A program made the position numbers and the translations under genes. A stretch of 64,000 bases of DNA from an uncultured Woeseiaceae bacterium (lineage in GTDB: Bacteria; Pseudomonadota; Gammaproteobacteria; Steroidobacterales; Woeseiaceae), in assembly GCA_902512585.1 (NCBI GenBank), contig CABXJW010000001.1, positions 8,300 to 72,299 on the forward strand, given 5' to 3'. The stretch's first letter is position 1; each line of letters starts with the position of its first letter. Below the pieces are notes generated by a model. It did no database searches. It saw only the letters and a program-made list of their open reading frames with translations, and was not told where the DNA came from. Shown here one piece after another: positions 39,777 to 49,612 of the stretch.

Positions 39777-41086
39777 TGATTATGAAAATACAGCAATTTA
39801 CCAAAAATATATTCCTCCTTTTGATAATAATTCAATCGAGTTTTAATAGTGCCGCTGCCCAGGAGGAATTGATAGAACTTGATTCCATAGCTGCAATTGT
39901 CAACGAAGGTTTAGTTTTGAAAAGTCAGCTGGATTTTCAAATTCAGACTATTACTCGACGTGCTAGTGTGGAGGGTTTTCAATTACCCGCCAGAGATATA
40001 ATGGAAGAACAAATACTAGAACAGCTCATCGTAGAGGAAATTCAATTACAACGCGCCGGTCAGATTGGTATTCAAATCTCTGACCAGATGCTTAACGGTG
40101 CTATAACCATGATTGCTGAAGAAAATAATATTCAATTTGAAAATTTACCTGCAATGCTGGCTGCAGATGGTATAGATTATGGTCGATATCGTCGTGATTT
40201 AAGGAATCAATTAATACTTGAGCAACTTCGTCAGATAGATGTTATCGGGCGAATAAATGTCTCACAAAGAGAGTTAAACCAATGTTTTGAGTCCCTAGAT
40301 AGTAATGTGATCAATAATTCAGACTACAACCTATCTCATATATTGATATCAGTACCTGAATCTGCAACTGCTGATGAATTCAGAAAAGCTCAAGTAATTG
40401 CTGATCAAGTAATCACAGAACTCGATAATGGTGCGGAATTCGGAGAAATGGCAATCACTTACTCTGATAGTCAAACTGGTATAGAGCGTGGCTTCTTAGG
40501 TTGGCGAAAAGGTGATCAATTACCTACTTTGTTCTCCAATATCGTTGGAACAATAAAAAAAGGCGAGTATTCAAAACCCATTCAAGCAGTCAGTGGTTTT
40601 CATATCATCAGAATTAATGATATGAGAAGCACTGAAGAACGAAGTGAAATTGAACAAATGGAGGTACGGCATATTTTAATTATACCTAACCAGATAATTG
40701 ATAATGCTACAGCAAGACAAAGACTAAATGAGGCCCGTGAGGAAATAATTAACGGTAAGGAGTTTGGAGAAATAGCCAAACTTCTTTCAGAAGACCCTGG
40801 ATCTGTAAATGAAGGGGGTTCGATGGGCTGGGTCAATCCTGGGACATTTGTAACTGAATTCGAGAATATAGCTAATAACATAAATATAGGTACAATTTCG
40901 CAACCATTTCAATCTCGATTTGGCTGGCACATACTAGAGGTTACTGGTAGAAGAACTCATGACAATACCGAGGAACTCAGAGAATCTAATTGTAGAGCTC
41001 AAATTACAAATAGTAGGCTTGCCAATGAGTCTGAACTTTGGATACGACGGATTAGAGATCAGGCTTTTGTTGAAAAAAGACTCTAA
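39776..41086 (+). CDS. surA: Periplasmic chaperone / parvulin PPIase SurA
   Basis: Signal peptide, two parvulin-type domains (HILI...GDLGW-like: FLGWRKGD, SMGWVNPG). The start overlaps the lptD stop by 1 nt. Confidence 0.85.
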   Translation: MIMKIQQFTKNIFLLLIIIQSSFNSAAAQEELIELDSIAAIVNEGLVLKSQLDFQIQTITRRASVEGFQLPARDIMEEQILEQLIVEEIQLQRAGQIGIQISDQMLNGAITMIAEENNIQFENLPAMLAADGIDYGRYRRDLRNQLILEQLRQIDVIGRINVSQRELNQCFESLDSNVINNSDYNLSHILISVPESATADEFRKAQVIADQVITELDNGAEFGEMAITYSDSQTGIERGFLGWRKGDQLPTLFSNIVGTIKKGEYSKPIQAVSGFHIIRINDMRSTEERSEIEQMEVRHILIIPNQIIDNATARQRLNEAREEIINGKEFGEIAKLLSEDPGSVNEGGSMGWVNPGTFVTEFENIANNINIGTISQPFQSRFGWHILEVTGRRTHDNTEELRESNCRAQITNSRLANESELWIRRIRDQAFVEKRL

Positions 41087-41114
41087 CTCAGAGTCGTCTG
41101 ATTAGAGATATTTC

Positions 41115-42107
41115 ATGCATTTTTCAAATCTTGCACCCGATCACCTGATAGCAGTAACTGTTGGTGAGCCAGCAGGTATCGGTCCAGATATTTGTCTTGA
41201 TTTAGTCAATCAATCATGGAGTGGCAATTTAATTATTATTGGCGATTCAGAAGTTATGAGGGAGAGGGCTAATTTATTAAATAAAAATATAGATTTTATA
41301 AAATGGTCTCCACAAGACAATGTTTTACAAAGATTACCGAAAAATACCCTATTCATATATGAAAAAAAATTTGCATCAGAGGTAATTTGCGGAAGCCCAA
41401 ACTATAAAAACTCCCAAACGTTAATTGATGGTTTAGCTGAGACAACAAAGCTCTGTTTGAATGGTCAATTTCAGGCGATAGTTACAGCACCTATCAATAA
41501 AAGTCTAATTAATGATGGCGGAATTGACTTCACAGGTCATACAGAATTTCTTGCAAATCAATCTAATATTAACAAACCGGTTATGCTATTAGCTGCAGGT
41601 AACTTTCGTGTTGCACTTGTAACAACACACATACCCCTATCAAAGGTATCCTCTAGCATAACAAAAAAATTATTAAGCGAGACCATAACGATTGTTAATC
41701 GTGACCTAAGAAAATATTTTAGGATTAATAATCCGCGAATACTGGTTTGTGGCTTAAATCCACATGCTGGAGAGAATGGTCTTCTTGGTAAAGAAGATCA
41801 AAAAATTATTGAACCAGTCATTAATGAATTTCAGTTAAGAGGTTATGATATTAAAGGACCTTTACCAGCGGACACCATATTCTTAAAGGCAAAGCAAGAG
41901 TGTGATGTGATTATCGCTATGTATCATGATCAGGGTCTACCTGTCCTCAAATTTGCTGGTTTTGGTGAGGCGGTTAATGTCACTTTGGGCTTACCTTTTA
42001 TTAGGACTTCAGTGGATCATGGTACGGCATTTGATATTGCTGGCAAAGGAATCGCCAGTTCAGAAAGCTTAATCTCTGCTGTAGAATTAGCCATCAGAAT
42101 GCTTTGA
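41115..42107 (+). CDS. pdxA: 4-hydroxythreonine-4-phosphate dehydrogenase
   Basis: GEPAGIGPD, GLNPHAGENG and TSVDHGTAFD motifs. Confidence 0.9.
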   Translation: MHFSNLAPDHLIAVTVGEPAGIGPDICLDLVNQSWSGNLIIIGDSEVMRERANLLNKNIDFIKWSPQDNVLQRLPKNTLFIYEKKFASEVICGSPNYKNSQTLIDGLAETTKLCLNGQFQAIVTAPINKSLINDGGIDFTGHTEFLANQSNINKPVMLLAAGNFRVALVTTHIPLSKVSSSITKKLLSETITIVNRDLRKYFRINNPRILVCGLNPHAGENGLLGKEDQKIIEPVINEFQLRGYDIKGPLPADTIFLKAKQECDVIIAMYHDQGLPVLKFAGFGEAVNVTLGLPFIRTSVDHGTAFDIAGKGIASSESLISAVELAIRML

Positions 42108-42109
42108 TC

Positions 42110-42886
42110 ATGCATGTCAATTTCCGCACCAAGAAAAGATTTGGTCAACATTTTTTAGTTGACCAGCAAATTATCGATTTAATTACCAAACACATTAACG
42201 CGAAATCTGATGATCTAATAGTTGAAATTGGACCAGGTAATGGTGCAATCACCGAGCCGCTAGCCCAAAGCAAGCCAATGATGCATCTCATTGAATTTGA
42301 TCGCGAATTAATCCCTATACTGCAAAAAAAATTTGCCTCATATGCTAATACAAAAATCCATCATGAGGATGCTTTGAAATTTGATTACTCGTTACTCGGT
42401 CAAAAGTTACGTTTGGTGGGTAATCTCCCGTATAATATTTCCACGCCATTATTATTTCATCTAATCAAATATAGAAAGAATGTAACTGATCAGCATTTCA
42501 TGTTACAAAAGGAAGTTGCTGACAGATTAACCGCCAAACCAGGCAATAAAACCTTCAGTAAACTAACAATCATGTTTGGAACTTTTATGAATAGTGAACA
42601 TTTATTTGATGTTCCTGCCGCTGCATTCAAGCCGCGCCCAAAAGTCGTATCTTCCGTGGTGAGAATAATACCGAAAAATGACAATCAAATTCTTGTTAAT
42701 GATCCAATCATATTAGAAAAAATAGTCACATCTGCATTTACTCAACGAAGAAAGACACTTAGGAACTCACTTAAAGGAATTATTTCTGATAAAATCATGC
42801 AAGAATTAGATATTAATCCTAATCAAAGAGCCGAGGAATTACCCATACCAGTCTGGACAAAATTAGCGAACAAATTAACTGAGTGA
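42110..42886 (+). CDS. rsmA: 16S rRNA (adenine1518/1519-N6)-dimethyltransferase
   Basis: KKRFGQHFL, EIGPGNGAIT and GNLPYNIS motifs. ATG 42110 is preferred over TTG 42104. Confidence 0.9.
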   Translation: MHVNFRTKKRFGQHFLVDQQIIDLITKHINAKSDDLIVEIGPGNGAITEPLAQSKPMMHLIEFDRELIPILQKKFASYANTKIHHEDALKFDYSLLGQKLRLVGNLPYNISTPLLFHLIKYRKNVTDQHFMLQKEVADRLTAKPGNKTFSKLTIMFGTFMNSEHLFDVPAAAFKPRPKVVSSVVRIIPKNDNQILVNDPIILEKIVTSAFTQRRKTLRNSLKGIISDKIMQELDINPNQRAEELPIPVWTKLANKLTE

Positions 42887-42895
42887 CCATGTCTT

Positions 42896-43273
42896 ATGTC
42901 TAAAAATTCAAGTATTAATATAAAAGTGAATACCAATTATATTCACGAACAATCTGAACCTGATGATAGTCGTTACGTCTTTTCTTATACCATTACCATC
43001 TCCAATCAAGGTAATATTGCGGCAAGATTATTGAGTCGTCACTGGGTAATTACCGATTCTAACGGAAAAATTCAAGAAGTAACTGGCGATGGTGTGGTTG
43101 GCGAACAACCTAAATTGAAACCTGGTGAAGAATTTATTTATTCAAGTGGTGCCATAATTGAAACCCCGGTAGGAGCAATGCAAGGAAAATATTTCATGGA
43201 AGCTGAAAACGGTATTAACTTTGATGCCCCGATTGCTCCATTTACGCTTGCAGTTCCAGGTATGTTGCATTAA
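42896..43273 (+). CDS. apaG: ApaG (DUF525) protein
   Basis: 125 aa. YVFSYTITISNQG...LLSRHWVITD...GVVGEQP pattern. Confidence 0.85.
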   Translation: MSKNSSINIKVNTNYIHEQSEPDDSRYVFSYTITISNQGNIAARLLSRHWVITDSNGKIQEVTGDGVVGEQPKLKPGEEFIYSSGAIIETPVGAMQGKYFMEAENGINFDAPIAPFTLAVPGMLH

Positions 43274-43290
43274 GAAATAAAGGAAAATCT

Positions 43291-44106
43291 TTGGCAATCT
43301 ATGCTATAGGGGATATTCAGGGTTGTTATGATCCTTTCAGAAGATTACTTGATAAAATAAAGTTTGATCCTGCTGAGGATCAGTTGTGGCTTACTGGTGA
43401 TCTAGTCAATCGAGGAGTGAATTCACTTCAAACATTAAGGTATGTAAAATCGCTTGGTAAAGCAGTAATTTCAGTTCTTGGAAACCATGATTTACATCTT
43501 TTAACATTACATTATGAATTAAAACCTATGGATAAAGGATCACTAACCCTTAGGAATGTGCTTGATGCGCATGATAGAGATTCACTGATGGAATGGTTGA
43601 GACGTAGACCATTAATTCACTATCAAAAACTAAACAATCGTATACTAGTTCATGCTGGAATTTATCCCACATGGAGTATTCAGGAGTCGATAGCATATGC
43701 ATGTGAGATCGAGAAATATCTGAGAGGCCCGAAATGTAAAGATCTATTAAGCCAAATGTACGGTGATGATCCAATATCCTGGTCCAATGAACTATCAGAA
43801 ATAGAACGATATCGATTTATAATTAATGCTTTTACACGAATGCGGTTTTTAGGAGCCAATAATACTCTTGATTTTAACTCCAAAGGTCCGATTCATAACC
43901 ATAAAGGGTATTTGTCACCTTGGTTTGATCAATTAAATAAGCAATGGATTAATACGACCATAATTTTCGGACACTGGTCAGCTCTTGGCTTAATGATTAA
44001 ACCTAATGTAATTTGTCTAGATACTGGGTATGTCTGGGGAGGAGAACTTACGGCCATTAATCTAGATAATACTTCCACCATAGTCAGAGTAAGTCAAATT
44101 AAATGA
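43291..44106 (+). CDS. apaH: Symmetrical bis(5'-nucleosyl)-tetraphosphatase
   Basis: Metallophosphatase motifs GDIQGC, GDLVNRG, GNHD. TTG start with AAGGAAAA RBS. Confidence 0.9.
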   Translation: MAIYAIGDIQGCYDPFRRLLDKIKFDPAEDQLWLTGDLVNRGVNSLQTLRYVKSLGKAVISVLGNHDLHLLTLHYELKPMDKGSLTLRNVLDAHDRDSLMEWLRRRPLIHYQKLNNRILVHAGIYPTWSIQESIAYACEIEKYLRGPKCKDLLSQMYGDDPISWSNELSEIERYRFIINAFTRMRFLGANNTLDFNSKGPIHNHKGYLSPWFDQLNKQWINTTIIFGHWSALGLMIKPNVICLDTGYVWGGELTAINLDNTSTIVRVSQIK

Positions 44107-44152
44107 ACCATCTTTAAAAATTTTGCATATAATAAAGAACTAAATATATCGT

Positions 44153-44677
44153 ATGGAGAAGACCATGAAATCCCTACTAGCTTTTAATTTTCAGGAATGG
44201 ATTGAGAAACATCGACACCTTCTTAAACCACCCGTATGCAATCAACAAATATTTGAAGATAATGACTTTATAGTAATGGTAGTTGGTGGACCCAACTCAA
44301 GAACAGATTATCATTATGATCCTGGTCCAGAATTCTTCTACCAACTGGAAGGTGACATGCTGCTCAAAACCATTCAAGATGGCAAACGAGTGGAGACGGT
44401 AATCAAAGAAGGTGAGATTTTACTCTTACCACCTACAGTTCCACATTCTCCGCAGAGATATGCGGACACTGTTGGGCTAGTAGTTGAGAGAAAGCGCTTA
44501 GACACAGAATTAGATGGTTTTTTATGGTTCTGTGAAAAATGTGATAATAAATTATATGAAGAATATCTGTATATCAATGACATTGTTGGTCAATTACCTC
44601 CAGTTTTCGATCGTTTTTACAGTTCTGAAGCCAACCGTACTTGCAAAAAGTGTGGCGAAATAATGGCTGCAGAATAA
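44153..44677 (+). CDS. nbaC: 3-hydroxyanthranilate 3,4-dioxygenase
   Basis: Cupin motifs GGPNSRTDYHYDPGPEFFYQLEGDM and LLPPTVPHSPQR. C-terminal rubredoxin-like CEKC...CKKC site, as in bacterial HAO enzymes. Confidence 0.85.
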   Translation: MEKTMKSLLAFNFQEWIEKHRHLLKPPVCNQQIFEDNDFIVMVVGGPNSRTDYHYDPGPEFFYQLEGDMLLKTIQDGKRVETVIKEGEILLLPPTVPHSPQRYADTVGLVVERKRLDTELDGFLWFCEKCDNKLYEEYLYINDIVGQLPPVFDRFYSSEANRTCKKCGEIMAAE

Positions 44678-44688
44678 CGAGAAAACTG

Positions 44689-45702
44689 ATGTTAAAGATA
44701 GATATTCATACTCACATATTGCCTAAAAGTTGGCCAGATCTAAAAGAGCGCTATGGTTATGGTGGTTTCATGCAACTAGAGCACTGTGGTTCTGGCTGCT
44801 CCAAGATGATGATGGATGGCAAGCATTTTAGAGACGTAGCGCCAAATTGTTGGGATCCTCAGGTGAGGTTGGAAGAATGTCATCAAACAGCTGTGGATGT
44901 TCAAGTTTTGTCCACCGTTCCAGTCATGTTCAACTATTGGGCCAAACCAAAGGATACAGCTGATCTGGCAATGATTTTAAATGATCACATTGCTGAGATT
45001 GTCACTAATCATCCCAAAAGATTTATTGGTCTTGCGACGCTCCCTATGCAAGATATTAATCTATCAGTTAAAGAGTTGGAGCGCTGTGTTAATACTAAAG
45101 GTATGGCTGGCGTTCAAATAGGTTCTCATATTAATGGGTGGAACCTTGATGACCCGCGGATTTTTCCAATTTTAGAAGCAGCGCAAGATTTAGACACTGC
45201 TATTTTTATTCATCCCTGGGATATGCTGGGTAGTGACCGAATGAATCTCTATTGGTTACCATGGCTAGTGGGTATGCCAGCGGAAACCGCTTTATCTATT
45301 TGCTCGATGATCTTTGGTGGCGTTTTCGAAAAATTACCTGATCTAAGAATTGCTTTTGCTCATGGAGGTGGTGCATTCCCGAGTATTATAGGAAGGTTAG
45401 AACATGGTTATAATGTTCGTCCTGATATTGTGGCAACCCATAATCAAAAGAATCCCCGAGATTACTTAGGAAAATTTTACGTAGATTCGCTGGTTCATGA
45501 ACCAGCTGTTTTAAATTATATGATTGATCTCTTTGGCGCAAACTGTATCGCTCTCGGGAGTGATTACCCGTTTCCACTCGGTGAAGACAAACCAGGAGAG
45601 ATGATTAAAAATATGCAATTAGATGACCAAACAAACCAATGGTTATATGCTGATACCGCTTTAAGATGGCTCAATCTCAATCGAAAGGACTATGAAAGGT
45701 GA
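44689..45702 (+). CDS. Amidohydrolase-2-family decarboxylase, 2-amino-3-carboxymuconate-6-semialdehyde decarboxylase-like
   Basis: IDIHTHILP metal-binding start, HPWD, AHGGGAFP and LGSDYPFPLGE motifs. The cluster context is the kynurenine pathway. I use ATG 44689; the ORF-track TTG 44641 overlaps the upstream gene. Confidence 0.75.
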   Translation: MLKIDIHTHILPKSWPDLKERYGYGGFMQLEHCGSGCSKMMMDGKHFRDVAPNCWDPQVRLEECHQTAVDVQVLSTVPVMFNYWAKPKDTADLAMILNDHIAEIVTNHPKRFIGLATLPMQDINLSVKELERCVNTKGMAGVQIGSHINGWNLDDPRIFPILEAAQDLDTAIFIHPWDMLGSDRMNLYWLPWLVGMPAETALSICSMIFGGVFEKLPDLRIAFAHGGGAFPSIIGRLEHGYNVRPDIVATHNQKNPRDYLGKFYVDSLVHEPAVLNYMIDLFGANCIALGSDYPFPLGEDKPGEMIKNMQLDDQTNQWLYADTALRWLNLNRKDYER

Positions 45703-46982
45703 ACAATTTCAACTTCGAAACAAATCGAACCTATGCTCAATCACTAGACAGTCAGGATGATCTGGCTCACTATCGCTCTGAATTTTTATTTCCAGAAGAT
45801 AAGAATGGCTATTCGTGCGTATATCTTTGTGGTAACTCACTTGGATTACAACCAAAAAAAGTTAAGCAGTACCTTAATGAAGAATTGGATGACTGGTCAA
45901 AATATGGAGTACATGGTCATACTAAAGCTGGTCGTCCCTGGCTAACCTACCATCTGCAAGCGAGGTCAGGATTCGCAGAGCTAACCGGAAGTCTAGAACA
46001 TGAGGTAATTGCTATGAATACCCTCACGGTTAATTTGCACATGTTAATGACTACTTTCTATCGACCAAATCAGAAGCGCTTTAAAATTCTCATTGAATCA
46101 ACCGCTTTTCCCTCAGACAGATTTGCTGCTGAATCACAAATTCGTTTACATGGATTTGACCCTAAGGAGGCATTGATTGAATGGCAACCAAAAGATGATG
46201 AATTATTCATAGATGACCTACAACAAATAATAGCTGCTCAAGGTGATGAGATTGCTTTAATACTTGTACCGGGTATTCAATATTACAGTGGCCAAGTTCT
46301 ACCTATGCAAGAAATTTGTCAATTGGCAAAGAGTGCGGGTTGCAATGTTGGTCTTGATTTAGCACATGCTATAGGAAATATAGAACTTGAGCTACATAAG
46401 TGGGCTCCTGATTTTGCTGCTTGGTGTACTTATAAGTACCTTAATGGTGGGCCTGGATCAGTTGGTGGAGCATTTATCCATGAAGCACATCATGGTAGTG
46501 CCGGTAATGAGCAACTACTTGGATGGTGGAGTAATGACCTTGAAAGTCGTTTCAAAATGGGGACAGAATTCGTCGCAGCCAAAGATGCAGATCTCTGGCA
46601 AGTCAGTAATCCACCGGTTTTCTCATTAACCCCAGTAATCACCTCTTTACATATGTTCCATGAAGCATCCTTTAATAAACTGCGTAAAAAATCTATTCAG
46701 TTAACCAATTATATGGATTTTTTAATTCAAGATTCATTTAAAGGCAGAATAGAATCTATCACCCCACCACTCAATCGAGGTTGTCAATTATCTCTAGTAA
46801 TCCTCGATAAAAGTCTCAATGGTAAAGCTATATTTAATTCCTTAACAGAAAAAAATGTAATTGGTGATTGGCGTGAACCCAATGTCATTCGGATGGCGCC
46901 CGCTCCGTTATACAACTCTTTTGAAGATGTTTTTGAGTTTGTAGAGCGCCTCAAAGAAGCGATTACTGAAAATAATATTTGA
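45699..46982 (+). CDS. kynU: Kynureninase
   Basis: 427 aa. PLP aminotransferase class V fold, YKYLNGGPGSVGG motif (PLP lysine region). GTG start overlapping the upstream TGA (GTGA). Confidence 0.9.
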   Translation: MNNFNFETNRTYAQSLDSQDDLAHYRSEFLFPEDKNGYSCVYLCGNSLGLQPKKVKQYLNEELDDWSKYGVHGHTKAGRPWLTYHLQARSGFAELTGSLEHEVIAMNTLTVNLHMLMTTFYRPNQKRFKILIESTAFPSDRFAAESQIRLHGFDPKEALIEWQPKDDELFIDDLQQIIAAQGDEIALILVPGIQYYSGQVLPMQEICQLAKSAGCNVGLDLAHAIGNIELELHKWAPDFAAWCTYKYLNGGPGSVGGAFIHEAHHGSAGNEQLLGWWSNDLESRFKMGTEFVAAKDADLWQVSNPPVFSLTPVITSLHMFHEASFNKLRKKSIQLTNYMDFLIQDSFKGRIESITPPLNRGCQLSLVILDKSLNGKAIFNSLTEKNVIGDWREPNVIRMAPAPLYNSFEDVFEFVERLKEAITENNI

Positions 46983-48331
46983 TGAGCTCAGCATCAATAA
47001 AAATCCTTGGCTCGGGCCTCTGTGGTAGTTTGCTTTCGATCATCTTAGCAAAAAGAGGATATGCAGTAGAGATTTATGAATCTCGGAGTGACCCCAGAAA
47101 ACTGAGTCAAGCGGCAGGAAGATCAATTAATTTAGCAATGTCCTCCAGAGGTATCAATGCGCTCAAGTATGCTGGTATCTTCGATCAAATAAAACCCCTT
47201 CTTATCCCAATGACAGGACGAATGTTGCATTTTAAAAATGGCGACAAAGAGCTCCAACCATATGGACAAAAAGAAGATGAAGTTATTTACTCAGTATCAC
47301 GTTTTAATCTCAACCAGATTTTGATCGAAACTGCTGAAAAAAAATATCATGTTGATATCAATTTTGAACATTCAGTTAAGTCTTATGATCCAGAAAATGC
47401 CAAGATTCAAATGCACTCACCAAAAAAAGAGTTTTTCCTGGAGGCGCAAAAAATATTAGTGGCTGATGGAGCTGGCTCAGTGATTCGTAAGTCCTTTAAT
47501 GATAGAGCACCAATCATGCCAAGCGAATCTATTTTACCGCACAGCTATAAGGAGCTCACCATACCCGCAAATGATGATGGTAGCTTTCAACTGGAAAAAA
47601 ACGCCCTCCATGTTTGGCCACGGGGTCAATTTATGCTCATTGCACTCCCCAACCCTGCTGGCGATTTTACCTTAACGTTATTCATGCCAACAATGGGTAA
47701 AGATAGTTTTGCCGAATTATCCACAGATGCAGCTGTAACAGATTTCTTTGATCGTCACTTTGCTTCTGCCGTTCCACTCTTGCCAAATCTAATCCACGAA
47801 TTTAAAAATAATCCGACGGGAATATTAGGTACAGTAAGGTGTCGGCATTGGCATCAAGATGATAAATTACTTTTAATCGGTGATGCAGCTCACGCCTTGG
47901 TGCCCTTTCATGCCCAAGGAATGAACTTTGCTTTTGACGATTGCGTTGAATTAGATAAGGTTATTGGTCAACACGAACATAATTGGCTAGAGATATTCCA
48001 AAATTTCGAAGCTAATCAATTTGACAATGCCACTGCAATACAGGAGATGGCTTTAGATAATTATATTGAAATGCGCGATGGTGTTCTTGATCCAAAATTT
48101 GCACTAAGAAAAGAACTTTCCTTTGAATTAGAAAAACGGTTACCCAATCAATTTATTCCTCGATACTCAATGGTCATGTTTCATGAGAAAATTCCATACG
48201 CTGTCTCTTATCAACGAGGTGAAATACAAAAGAAATTACTCGCAGAGCTCACTATGGATGCTGAAAAACTGGAGGAGATAGACCTAAATTATGCTGAAAA
48301 AGTAGTTGCTACAAAATTAGCGCCGCTCTAG
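46982..48331 (+). CDS. kmo: Kynurenine 3-monooxygenase
   Basis: ILGSGLCGSLLSIILAKRG FAD motif, ADGAGS and GDAAHALVPFHAQGMN motifs. The ATG overlaps the kynU TGA by 1 nt. Confidence 0.85.
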   Translation: MSSASIKILGSGLCGSLLSIILAKRGYAVEIYESRSDPRKLSQAAGRSINLAMSSRGINALKYAGIFDQIKPLLIPMTGRMLHFKNGDKELQPYGQKEDEVIYSVSRFNLNQILIETAEKKYHVDINFEHSVKSYDPENAKIQMHSPKKEFFLEAQKILVADGAGSVIRKSFNDRAPIMPSESILPHSYKELTIPANDDGSFQLEKNALHVWPRGQFMLIALPNPAGDFTLTLFMPTMGKDSFAELSTDAAVTDFFDRHFASAVPLLPNLIHEFKNNPTGILGTVRCRHWHQDDKLLLIGDAAHALVPFHAQGMNFAFDDCVELDKVIGQHEHNWLEIFQNFEANQFDNATAIQEMALDNYIEMRDGVLDPKFALRKELSFELEKRLPNQFIPRYSMVMFHEKIPYAVSYQRGEIQKKLLAELTMDAEKLEEIDLNYAEKVVATKLAPL

Positions 48332-48802
48332 GACCTCAAACCAAAAAGCAACTTCACGCTGCTCATTAACAGGAAAGAATTGCTTCGAAACAATTTCCCA
48401 AAAATTATAGTTAATTTCTGGAAAAAAAGTATCACCATTAATCTCTTTCTCCACATGCGTAACATAGATCCGATTCACTTTATCGAAGAAACTCGCATAT
48501 ATCTCGCCACCACCAATAATCATAACCTCCTCAGTATCATCAATAGTTGCTAACGCACTCTCCGGTGACAAAAACACGTCTGCACCAACCACTTGATAGT
48601 CATTTTGACGGGTAATAATCATATTTCGCCTGCCTGGTAATGGTCGGCCAATAGATTCATAAGTGGTTCTTCCCATTAGAAGTGGCTTACCCATCGTAAC
48701 TGCTTTAAAGTTCTTTAGATCCTCAGAAATATGCCAAGGAAGATCACCACCGATACCAATAACGTTGTTAATCGACTTTGCGACTATAATAGATAAGCTC
48801 AT
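48317..48802 (-). CDS. folA: Dihydrofolate reductase
   Basis: 161 aa. IGIGGDLPWH, MGRTTYESIG and IGGGEIY motifs. Confidence 0.9.
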   Translation of the reverse strand: MSLSIIVAKSINNVIGIGGDLPWHISEDLKNFKAVTMGKPLLMGRTTYESIGRPLPGRRNMIITRQNDYQVVGADVFLSPESALATIDDTEEVMIIGGGEIYASFFDKVNRIYVTHVEKEINGDTFFPEINYNFWEIVSKQFFPVNEQREVAFWFEVLERR

Positions 48803-48805
48803 TAC

Positions 48806-49600
48806 CTAAACCGCAATTGGCGCGGGTATTTTCGCCTGACTCTGGTAATTACTAATTTCGATATCTTCATACTCATAATCAAAGATACTCGTCCTTGATT
48901 GCCTGAGTTCAAGTTTAGCTAAAGGTAAAGTACTTCTCGTTAATTGCAATTTCGCTTGCTCGAGATGATTGAGATATAAATGACAATCACCACCTGTCCA
49001 AATAAAATCTTTCGCTTTTAAATTAGTTTGGGCAGCCACTAGTTCCAATAAGAGTGCATACGAAGCAATATTGAAAGGCACACCCAGAAATATATCGGCA
49101 CTTCGCTGGTATAATTGACATGAAATTTCACCATCAGCGACATAAAACTGAAATAAACAGTGGCAAGGAGGTAGCGCCATTTTATCTATATCAGAAACAT
49201 TCCAGGCCGAGACTATATGCCGACGAGAATCAGGATTACGTTTTATATCATTTATTAATCCAGTGATCTGGTCAATTGACTCATTATTATCAGTCGGCCA
49301 GCTTCGCCATTGTGATCCATACACTGGCCCTAAATTACCTTGCTCGTCTGCCCATTCATTCCAAATAGACACTTTGTTTTCATTCAAATATTGAATGTTG
49401 GTATCACCGCTTAAAAACCACAATAATTCATGGATAATGGATGGGAGATGTAACTCTTTTGTAGTAAGCAGAGGAAAGCCTTCCTGCAAATTAAATCGCA
49501 TCTGATGACCAAATACACTCAATGTACCCGTTCCGGTACGATCCTCTTTTTTTGTGCCTTGCTCCAAAACATGCTCTAACAGCCGAAGATATTGTTTCAT
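48806..49600 (-). CDS. thyA: Thymidylate synthase (ThyA type)
   Basis: [37 protein letters not shown] (catalytic Cys), and DxHLY-type motif. Confidence 0.95.
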   Translation of the reverse strand: MKQYLRLLEHVLEQGTKKEDRTGTGTLSVFGHQMRFNLQEGFPLLTTKELHLPSIIHELLWFLSGDTNIQYLNENKVSIWNEWADEQGNLGPVYGSQWRSWPTDNNESIDQITGLINDIKRNPDSRRHIVSAWNVSDIDKMALPPCHCLFQFYVADGEISCQLYQRSADIFLGVPFNIASYALLLELVAAQTNLKAKDFIWTGGDCHLYLNHLEQAKLQLTRSTLPLAKLELRQSRTSIFDYEYEDIEISNYQSQAKIPAPIAV

Positions 49601-49612
49601 TAAGATTCCAAA

